Source of the DNA: Trypanosoma brucei
Taxonomy: Eukaryota
NCBI GenBank assembly: GCA_000002445.1
Contig: CM000207.1
Location: forward strand, 1,088,001 to 1,152,000
Length of the DNA stretch: 64,000 nt
Reading direction: 5' to 3'
Shown: positions 53,716-64,000 of the stretch, piece by piece
How positions within the stretch are numbered: the stretch's first letter is position 1
Layout of the letters: each line of letters begins with the position of its first letter
Notes under the pieces: generated by a model
What the model saw: only the letters and a program-made list of their open reading frames with translations
Told to the model about the DNA's origin: nothing
Database searches by the model: none
Made by a program: the position numbers and the translations under genes

Positions 53716-56700
53716 TGTGGCTGTTTTTTTTACTTTTATCAGTTAAACAAATTGGAGAAAAACCTCATCATCGCAGTCATTATTGTTATTGGTAGACGCA
53801 CTCAACAGACGTATACAATGAAAAATATTGAAATTAATAAGTGCCTGGCTCAAACCAACTACAACAGGACCCAACAAAGAGTAAATCACATTCCAAAACA
53901 CATTTACATGAGTTCCCTCTCGTCATGCTGGATATCAACATAAAGTTCCTTTACAACTGTTTTGTTTCTCCAATATCTTCCTCCACCAAATTAACCTCCA
54001 CTACCTTAACTACCATTCTGGCTTGTCCCAATTTTCTAACTGAGTTGCGCTTCTATTTTCTGTATTTCCTCGTTAGTGACTTATCCACTACCCTAATGTG
54101 TACCTGCACTTTCATACTATTTTTTTTTCACATCCTGTACCAACTCCTTTAAACTCTGCTTCTGAGTCCCATTTAGCATATCCCGCTCTTTTCATAAGCA
54201 CATTGAAAATACTCTTCGTTACTCTTTTTGTGAGCATGTGCAGCTTCCCGTCCTCCATTTTCTTAGACGACACATTGTTTAATATAAAAGTTGTATCTTA
54301 AAAATACCATCAGTGGACACTTATTATTGAAGCCCTTGTTATACGGTGACGTTACGGGATATAATGTCAGTCACCAACACAAAAAAAACGGCTCCAGAAT
54401 AACAAGAGACCCTCTTTGTCACCACCCTCGTTAGAATTATTTACCACAATCAAAGATGTCACCATTCTTATAGATACGCTGGTGACAAAAAAGGAGGTCA
54501 CATACGTAACCATTTATCCTCTCAGTGAACTCTCATCACCTTTACTCCACACAAGTTCGTTACATTAGCAAAAAACAAACGGCAAAAACGCTACTTGGGT
54601 TAGCTCAAAATCAAACACTCCATCCTTACAGCAAATACAGAGAGCATTCACACACTCCATTCCCCCACAAAATACAGATGGTGGAGACAGCCACAGTTAT
54701 CACAACTCACAATTAAGATAACTCAAGCAAAGACACTCCAACGAAATAGACGACCAATAACACGAAACATGTGAGCACGGACATGCAACGTCTTGCATGT
54801 ATTTTATTATGGAGTAGGGGGAACGTATCCGAAAGTATTTGCTACACAGTAAAATTAGTAGTATTAGCCACGGCGCTATCGAGATGTGTCGAGCAGTACC
54901 GAATCACAGTTGTTGTGGATTTCGTTGAAATGTGGGTAGAAAAGAGGTAATGTTGGATAACGTGGCAACAAGCACGGAAGATGGATGGCCAGTAGTAGAG
55001 GCAAACATGTTAAATCTACCTTACTGGAACCGTTACTCTAAATGTGACAGAACACAGTGCCTTCATTTGCAACACTTATCACCGCACATATTTTCTTCCT
55101 TGCTCGACACATCGGCTTCCAGCCAAACACAAATATGGGAGACTACTGCAACGGTTTCCATTACTAACACTGTGTTTTTTCTGATTCCAGCGGCTTTTCA
55201 TACACGACCATGCAAAAAAACCAGCCCTTCAAACTATTCAACCGGCAATAATAAAGTGCACTAGGATAGTGCATTTTACTAGCTATTCCGAAAGATGTTC
55301 TGCCCTTGCTGTTGAGCTTACTGTAGCAATTTATCGCAGTGTTTCGTACCACCTTATCAAACGTAGTCAACTGCACATCCTCTACCATTTCGCTCCCGTT
55401 TTACTTAATTGGTATTCTTGTTACAATGCTGGATCCTTGACATTACCTGTTTCTTTTGCTGTTATCATTTAGGAAGGTTGAGACCCGTCATGTCCCTTTT
55501 GTGAATCCCATCCGTGACCAAATCAATTACAAACGGAGTGCCATGAATGCTTCTCGCTGTGTCCCCACTGTTGTGACAATAACACTTGTAATGCATGTCA
55601 GTCTAACAGCGTTTTATAACCTTTGAGCAGATTTCAATGGGCCCAATATAGACCACAAGGTGGGTAGCTATTGCATTGGCGTCTTCGTTCCGTCAACTCC
55701 TTTTTCCTGACTCAACAAGTCTCACCCAATCGAGTGCCAGCGCGCCAAAGCAACTGCATACTGTTCATTAGGTAGATCATTCCGCAAAGTTTTTTTTGGT
55801 CAGTCTGCTATATAGAGTGGACCGTCTAGGAAGGCTCTTTGTTTTTACCTCCTGCAAGGAAGGGTGAGAAACGCGCTCTCGTACGCCATTGCCTCTCGCT
55901 GCCTGCTCATGCATTCGAATTATTAAAAAGGTGCGCTCAGACATTCTCCCTGGTCCTACTCAACCAATGTCAGAAATGTCGGGTAAGATTTGTGTTTGAG
56001 GGTTGTGAGCAATCTTTGTTGAGGAAACTACCTGTCTACTGCCACCGCAACATCTGGCTGCTTGCAGGTTTATTTCCCCTTCCCGTGTTTCTGGCGCTGT
56101 GCAAATGCAAACACTTTCTCGTCTCCGAAGAGCAAGGTCTCACACTTCACTTGAATGGGCACTTCACCTTCGCCAGCAATCCCAGTTAGTGGCACTAACA
56201 AACCGCTTCAAGGAATACATTTGCTTTTGATAATTGTGCCACTTACTACGCCACTCTACAAGAAACACAAAACACAAACTAAACATGACGGCTTGAAACG
56301 ATAACGTTAAGACATGGTCACTGGGGAAGGGGTAAAGAAGACACATTATCTGCGATCAGGTTCACCTTACTAGCATGCATTTGTAGAATCATGTATATCG
56401 TGAATTCAACCACTGAAACAAAGAAAACTGCAGACCATTTACCAGCGCCTTCATGTTACAGTGCACCTATTATTATTAAGCTCAGAATAATGCGACGGCT
56501 AAGATTATTTGCAGCACGCATGCTCTTGTGGTTTAATTAAATCTGTCGTGGAAGCAAACCCGCAAAAGTAATGAAAAAAATATATAAGCAATGCACCCTT
56601 TAAACAAGTTGCGTTTCTTAAATGAAAAAACATCGGTGAGGCACCGTTTTTACCGTCATGAATTTCCTCGTTCAGATTATCACGCTTTTGAAACTTGTTT

Positions 56701-57330
56701 CCAATTGACTTAAGTTCTTTACATATCTTTACCTTTAGCAATTCACTCACTTATTGAGTATTCGTCCCTTCAAATCCTTTATGCGCTTCAGTTATCCGCA
56801 TTGATTAAACACATTTTTAGGTTAGAAATATAATCTCACATTTGACTGCTGAAACAATCACTCTCTTCCACGCAGCGCAAGCCTACGTTTCCGTTAAGCC
56901 GCTCTGCAGTATGTTAACCCTTGCGTGTTCAGTGACTCTTATTATACATCTTTAAAGAAACTCCTCATTGCGGTTTTTTGATAGTATTAACCTCATATTT
57001 CCTTTTCCTATTTAAAATCAATTATTTGAGATCGTAAATCGTTTGTTGTATCACATTTCTGCATTTTTTAATGGTTGTACTTTTCCGCTTACACGATAAA
57101 TAGCCTTAATTTCTTTTCCTCTCTTGCGACTTTTAATTTTAGCATGTTCGCTCTTACTAATTCAGAGTTATTCGACCATCTTACAATGACTTGCCACAAC
57201 AGCCCATGCACATATCCCTTAATGAAAACACTTGCAAGTTAGTTACTGATTCACAGCCTTACTTCGACCTATGCGGCGTTCACTTTATTCAGCAGTTGTG
57301 ACCTGATGCATCAGCGTAAAGCAACAGACA

Positions 57331-58119
57331 TTAGAAGATTATGAAGCTCAGTACTGTGGATAGTATCATCGCGTGTCTTTTGTGACCTACACCGTTCCTT
57401 CTTTGTTCACTCTCTTTAGAAGACGAGGTCTCATTTGTACCGCTTGTCACTACATCTGAAGGTCTACTCACTTCTGGTTCGGACGCTGCGCTTCGCAGTG
57501 GCGATGCAACATACCTGTCATCCTGCCCCGTCACTTGTGGTGGCGGGACAAATTTTTGCGTTTCTTCTTCATTACCTTGCCTGTTCTCCCTTCTTGTTTT
57601 AGTTTCACCTTCATCTCCCATCTTTTTTTTTGCCTGAACCCTCTGATGGTCGCTAGTGACGGCAGCAGCGCCCACATAATTCGCTTGCGGGAGTTCGTTA
57701 GATGACTTCACACTCGATTCTGGACTTCCATGGGGTTGACCATCATCAAGTTCCGTGGCCACTTCAGGAGACTTCTCCTGAGGCTTTGAAGTTTGGTGAC
57801 TGCTCCCATTGCCACCGTTTGAACTCGAGTCTGTAGACCGCGGCCCCAATGGCTTTTGTGTGCTGGTTTCTTCTTGGAGTTGTGACTGGGGTTGTTGGAT
57901 AGCGGAAGCTGTTACGGGTGGATTCTGTTGGTGAGTAGAGCTGCGCCGGTTTGCTGTCACAGTCCCACATTCCAGAACTCCAGTGGTGGGAGAGGTACGG
58001 TATTCAGTGCATGAATCCCTGCTCATAGTGACATCCACTGCGCTCACAACCCGCTGTTCAACGCCAGCCACGCACAACATTAGAATCAAAAATAGGCTCG
58101 TTGCAATCATGAGCATCAT
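57331..58119 (-). CDS. Surface-type protein (262 aa): signal peptide, then S/T/Q/P-rich mucin-like region, then a hydrophobic C-terminus. Stalk-only relative of the neighbouring VSG-like genes.
   Basis: MMLMIATSLFLILMLCVAGVEQ is the signal peptide. QQNPPVTASAIQQPQSQLQEETSTQKPLGPRSTDSSSNGGNGSSHQTSKPQEK… is the stalk. …HAMILSTVLSFIIF* is the hydrophobic end. Composition resembles the stalk of the 48965-49630 ORF. Confidence 0.5.
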   Translation of the reverse strand: MMLMIATSLFLILMLCVAGVEQRVVSAVDVTMSRDSCTEYRTSPTTGVLECGTVTANRRSSTHQQNPPVTASAIQQPQSQLQEETSTQKPLGPRSTDSSSNGGNGSSHQTSKPQEKSPEVATELDDGQPHGSPESSVKSSNELPQANYVGAAAVTSDHQRVQAKKKMGDEGETKTRRENRQGNEEETQKFVPPPQVTGQDDRYVASPLRSAASEPEVSRPSDVVTSGTNETSSSKESEQRRNGVGHKRHAMILSTVLSFIIF

Positions 58120-61011
58120 TTTCCCTCCTTAAAAAAATTGATCCTGCGAAAAAGAAGTACAAATCCTTTACAAACTAAAATTATAACTATAAAACTTATC
58201 AACGTACGCAAGTACGTATATTCTTTTTTCCTCTTAAAAACACTCCTATCACCACGATGCTATTCGGTCGAAGATATAATCAAGTCAACAATTTTCTACT
58301 GAGGCAAAAGCTATTGAATGAACTTGTTTAAACGAATGTCATCATCAACGCTCAGTTGCTTCCCAACAGCTAGGGCACTTGGACAATCAAATAGTATACG
58401 ATGCAAGTCTTTCTGCTGGTTGATACTTACATTCAATGAAGGTCTCCATTGCCAATTGCACATAATACTTTTAATAGTTTTGCCCCCATAATTTTCACCG
58501 ATAATCTTTTTTACATTCTTTTCAGATCACGGGATGCGCTCCTAACTTTTCCCTTATTACGTTACGACTGCTTGGACCCCCAGACTGCTTTTAGAACCAT
58601 TAGTGGATAAAGAAATTTATATATCATTTACAGATACGCACTCACGAACAATATTGCTTGCCAATAGAACATTTTTCATCAAACATGCCGACACCCACTG
58701 CAGAAGCACGAACATAAAAAATAAAAAAGAAATTTGAAATGTAAAATAACATATTCCTTACCTGTTTCCTCTCCACTCTTTTTTGCTAATATGCACAAAT
58801 CGAATATTAAAATGCACCCACAAAGTCCCCCAGTTCGTACCCCGCAGCCATAAAGACAGTGGGCAACAACTTGAAATAAATGATACCGTTACGTGTATGG
58901 CCAGGTTAACTAATTATGAACTCATATGGGGGAAAAAATAACAACAGCCAATTCGACACCAAACACTTTATTGAAAAATTAGAAGGCATATCGCATCCCA
59001 TTAGACTGCCATATGATCTGCGTGTGATTATTTCTACAACTTTGTATAATGTTAGTGCACCTCCTCTCGACATAAATACCATTCCGCTTTGTTTTTTAAG
59101 CTGTCGAACGTTTCGCTCCCCCGCTTACCATACAAAATTAAACATCTTCTTTCTTTAGATTTTTAACTCCTCTGCTTTCCGCGTTTTGAATAGCAGAAAA
59201 TAACATAAAACGGTTATTTTGTATCGGAAAATCCCCTGTGACGTATTGATTCCGTCATTTGCTTCTAAGACCGAGAGAGGGAGACGAATATGATAGCCCG
59301 CGTTCAGTCTCCACTTATCCCCCATGTTTTATGTTTGCAAGTGCAACATCTGTGATTCGGGGAGTCTCCGTTCTAACGAAAAGATTGCAAAGCTTAGAAA
59401 GGTTTAAACAGTAGAAGTAAAAGATTCAAAAAAATGAGCACACGATAGCAAGAAGAAAACTTAACATTAGGTAGTCGAACGCTTTCAGAAACAAATTTTT
59501 TTTAAAATGCAAATACAGTCTACAACTTACCATTAAAGCCAAATTTGGAACTATGGTACATACAGGCAGACACACATGCTGCTTGTCATTCCGTCTATTT
59601 TTCTTTTCACGGGAAAGATTACTTGGAAAGGTCTATGAAGATTTCTTTTACTTGCACTACCCTTTAACATCGTTTCATTGACCTTCATCTCTGTACGTTG
59701 AACCATCAAAACACCTTTCGCTCCTCTTCTCCAGTTCCCCCTCAGGTGCTTCAATGATTCCTCTTTTCTCAACACTACTGAGACCTTTGAAAGCAGAAAG
59801 TAAAAAGTTTTTTTCACCACTTCTTCACCCTATACTGCAGCTGATTGAATAAAAGTGTACATTCAGTATCCCTTTTTTATTATTTTTTATTTGTACCTCT
59901 GAATCAGTGTTTTTCTTTTATTTACTGTCGTTTCCATTACTAAATCTTGGTTGTTCCACACACCAATTAAACTTTGTCAGGCGTTTCCAGAATTTCTGTC
60001 ACTTTTCAGTTTCAAAATTTTCGCGGATTTTTGTTTCTGAGAGCATTGACCGCCTTGGTAACGCCATACTTCGCTTATTTAGTTTCCCGCATTTCTGACG
60101 CCTGAATCATCAGCACCGCAAGGTACATTTGAAGCTTATAATACTTTTCACTTCCAACCTCTGACGTTCACCAGTTTCCCTACGATCGCTCTACCATCGT
60201 ACCATTTCCGATATATCTCCGCAAGAAAAAAAAATACAACAAAAGACTGGATTAGCACATTTTACACGGCTAAAATAACCACCGGAAACACGAACGAAGC
60301 TTCGAAGTGCGTCCTTGCAGCTTTTTCCACAGAACCCACAGAGGGTACAAGCTTCCCTGCCAGTCCCCTGGGAGCCACCATCGTAATACGGCAACCACAA
60401 TCTAACTATGCGCACCACCTTTTCCACCGTGTATTCTACAACGTCTTTACAGTCCTAAACACACACAGTGGATCACGAAGACAGGCAATCAGAGAGAATT
60501 TTACTTCGTACACACATGATACATACCAGCATTCGAGAAGTCATAAAACAACCACCGCAGAAAGTTTAGACTCTTTTCTATGGAAACAAAACATATCAAA
60601 AAAACAAACGCAAAGCACATGGGTGTGTGAAAACTCGCACAAAAGCATGTATGCAAACATATTGGTGAATGTGAGGAGATGCATATAAACATTTTCGTTA
60701 GATTGCAGAATTGATACTATTTAAATTATCAGTAAGATTGACGTCAAAAAGCAAGTAAGGGAAGTTGCTGTGGACCTCGTTAAATTGAGAGTAGAGGGAG
60801 GTGATATTTGACATCATGTCCAGCAGTACGGAAGGCTACTGTCCGGCTGCAAAAGGTGCGATGAGGGGTGCAAATATTTTTTGTACTTCGACTATGAGCC
60901 GAAAAAAGCGGCGTCATTTTGAGGCCATTGCAACATATTACACGAATTGATTGTTGCACCATTTATATACAACTTGCCTCTCGGTAGATTGAAGCATTTT
61001 TTCAAAGAACC

Positions 61012-61660
61012 CTATATTACATTTATTTCAAGGCAACCATCTTTATATTTTTGGAGGCTGTTATCGGTCGCATTGACTTCCAGTGAGCAAGTATGATCGC
61101 CACACTTGACTGGGAGCTCCCCTGCACCTTTAATTTTTCCGTCTTTACACTTCTCAGTTTCCCCATTTCTGTCCTCTATAGCTTTGACGTCGTCCCACAC
61201 AGTCCTAGCAATTTACGCAATAGCTGTGTAATATTTATTTGCTGTTATGAGGGCTTCAGGTAATTTTTTTCCTCACTGCCCTTACACTTTCATTTACCTC
61301 TGCGAATAATCCACCTACCTTAGCTACAAGATCTCCCATTTCATTTCCATAGGATATAAGTTTTTCCAATTTTTTACTTTCCTTTCCCACTGCACCGCTA
61401 ACAACACTCAAATATTTGGTGCTTTCACCTGTTTTACTTTCCATATCATCTAATATGCGAGATGCATTTGCGTACACTTCTTCATTCACGAGCAACCTGC
61501 ACTCTCCACCTGTATATAATGTATTTAATGCATTCGAAAGGCACTTGAGGTAGCATACAGTCTCGTGTAAATTCTGGAAAGAATGATCATCCACCGATGT
61601 ACATCTATCCGTGGTACCAAAGCAGACCACGAGAAGAGGCAACATTAACCGAACCCTCAT
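61012..61660 (-). pseudogene. Truncated, frameshifted VSG-superfamily fragment related to the 371-aa gene
   Basis: ORF 61256-61720 carries a signal peptide (MRVRLMLPLLVVCFG) and HETVCYLKCLSNALNTL, comparable to ETLCNLSHALRV. ORF 61012-61200, in another frame, continues with a Cys-rich stretch (EKCKDGKIKGAGELPVKCGDHTC) comparable to KWCCLVKEAG…C of the 371-aa paralog. There is no C-terminal half. Confidence 0.45.
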
Positions 61661-64000
61661 CTTAACCTTCACTGTGAACTTTTCTATGCGGATATAAACA
61701 GAACGACACATACATTTCAAACAAGATCGGAGTGTACCGCATGCTCAGTGTGCTGATAACCGAGCGGTTACTGACAATATCACAAAAATTACGTAGCCGC
61801 AACTGTACCACTTACAGCTGGTTTGATAACCTCACGTTTCTTCACGGAAACAAAAAGATGCAGCGATATCGTTGGTTCTTACATTTAATTCTATAATATG
61901 TCCAGTTGCACAATTCAAGGTGAAATTGTCCATAACCTTTCCATGAAGTCACAAAATGAAACACCGTGTTAATAGTTAAATACCTGTACAACTTATCATT
62001 TCCAAGCACAGCATCTTCTGACGGGAAATAAACTCACACCATGCTCTTCACACATATCGTCAAATATGATCAAGGTGAAACTTGTGAAGTATGATTTTTT
62101 CCCCACGGTCACCATTTACAGCGAAGGTAGCCCCACCAAGAAAGCGGAATTAACATTTGATGCCTACAACAGAAGCCAGATGTAAATCTTCACGGGATGG
62201 CAATGCAAGGAAGTTGGGGATTTACTGCAGTCATGGCATTCTCATTCGAGGCCTCGAACGGGTCACAGCTTTTGAACACCTGTATAATAACAGCACTATT
62301 TGGAAGAAGAGGAGAAGCGTAAACATTAGTGTGAATATATCATTGGCAACTTGAACAAACTGCTACGAGGTTCAGAAAAGCGTGCAAAAAGCAAAGAAAT
62401 ACTCCTCGCAATGGCACACGAAACTGAAGTACCTGGAAGAGGTAGGTGCCATCAACGGTGCATCAATGGTGATGTATCATTTGATTCTGTGGAAGTCTTC
62501 ATCATCCTCCCTCAATAATTATCGATAAAATACACCACAGCGAAGAAACTGCGACCACACACATGCATGCCGCCTTCAAACTTCAAAACCTTCCTCTTAA
62601 ATTCTTACATAAAGTATTCCCCTCACGTTTCTTCCAGTCTTCTCCTATCTTTATTACCAGTTTCCGGCCAGAGGAGTCCAAACTGGAGCCTGCTTCATTG
62701 CGTCTGTCAACTTTTTCATGGCAGACAATGACTCGAATAAAAAACGAATATCCGCCACCTCGGCATCTTCAAGCAAATGTAGCTCACATAAGCAAAAAAA
62801 ATCTCCCTACGTGTCGTTGTACGCTTCCTTTCCCCCCACTTCCAACCAGTTTGCACCTTAGACGATATTTATGAAGTAAGAACGAGAAAGTAGCAGTACT
62901 TTTGCGACGAAATGTGAATATGGAGACAGACGTGATTCCATTCCGAGGCCGTTGACAGCACATGATGCAGAAGTCTTTCGGAGAGAATTAGATATGAAAA
63001 CACCAAACATAATCAATATTAACCTTCAAACAAATACAATCCGATCAGTTTCCTGACACGTGCCGCCCCTGTTGTAATGTCGGGGTTGCTGTGAGAACTA
63101 GAAAGATACTTAAAGCCACGTTCAGTTGCAATAATTGTGAGGGCTGTTGCACGTGATGTTGTTAACACAAATTCTATGACAATAACGCACCACCGCAGAA
63201 CCATTCCTTACGGCCGACTCTCTCAGTTTCCTGTTTCCCATAAATAACGCGAACAAATCAAACAAACATTTTCTTCGTGTCAGAAGGGCAAGGAGGCTCT
63301 TTCAACCTCGCCTCAACACTCATCCACTCACCCAGCGACAGTTCTTCAAAGGGGCTACAGCACCAATTAACACGACGTTTGTTAGGTTGAGGCAATTGTT
63401 GCAAAGTAGCATACTGAGACTTCCGTTGATTCTTATTTCGCCACCGCACTCGTCCTCTTCGCTCATTTCATCAATCAGCATTTTAATCATATTAAGAATC
63501 CACAAGATGCTGTCAACAAGCTTGAGGTGCCCACGCTAACCCCTCGAGTCTCAAATGCGTTAAATCAAGTACCCGATAAACAATTAGTGTATACCACTTA
63601 CCTCGTTACTGCAAAAAAAAAAAGGAGTCATAAAGCAGCTTCAGCCCCCCTTCTCGCATTGTTTACTCAAAGTTCCCCTACTCACAAAACTCAACCGTTC
63701 CATCAGCACCAAATGACATTAGAGCCTTTCACCCCTCAGACCTCCAGAAACCCTGACTAGTCCACTCCCCTTCGCCGTGGTACTCCGAAAATTCATAGGA
63801 CGCTAATATATCTTTGTTCGTTGGAATGCGCCTTTCTGACCACCAAGTCCTCCCGCCAGACTGTCAACATCTAGATTACACAGTCTTCCCATTTTACTTT
63901 CTGTATGTTGGATTGACGTAAATTCACCAGCACGGAGCATCCATCTAGTCTTTTAAGTCCAACCTACACACACACCGTGGGTACCGTGACAATTGCCCAG

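Overview
This window reads as a nuclear chromosome segment from an African trypanosome (Trypanosoma brucei-like), not a prokaryotic locus. That inference rests on long same-strand gene runs without introns, polypyrimidine tracts followed by AG upstream of ORFs, (TG)n/(TA)n/poly-T intergenic microsatellites, and VSG-type surface protein genes.

Positions 1-41.6 kb hold one plus-strand directional cluster of about 20 housekeeping genes. They include a PPR-like repeat protein, an exosome S1/KH subunit, a GRAM-domain protein, a 1279-aa RluA-type pseudouridine synthase, a TPR protein, a mitoribosomal L47/uL29m-domain protein, a 1690-aa protein with two tandem AMP-deaminase-like domains that have lost their zinc ligands, an MDR enoyl/quinone reductase, an RNB-domain exoribonuclease, an ARF-like GTPase and a PhyH-like oxygenase with a substituted iron-binding motif. 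The cluster ends in a frameshifted beta-3-glycosyltransferase pseudogene.

A gene-poor convergent strand-switch region spans about 41.6-45.1 kb. From 45.1 kb to the window end the sequence is AT-rich and carries a minus-strand array of VSG-superfamily surface glycoprotein genes and pseudogenes with signal peptides and GPI-like hydrophobic C-termini. Several of these share a D-[LF]-[LF]-C-L-C motif, and several carry a P/Q/S/T-rich mucin-like stalk.

No rRNA, tRNA or CRISPR could be supported by eye. Many ORFs in the six-frame track are antisense shadows of GC-rich coding sequence or translations of polypyrimidine tracts; I discounted those.
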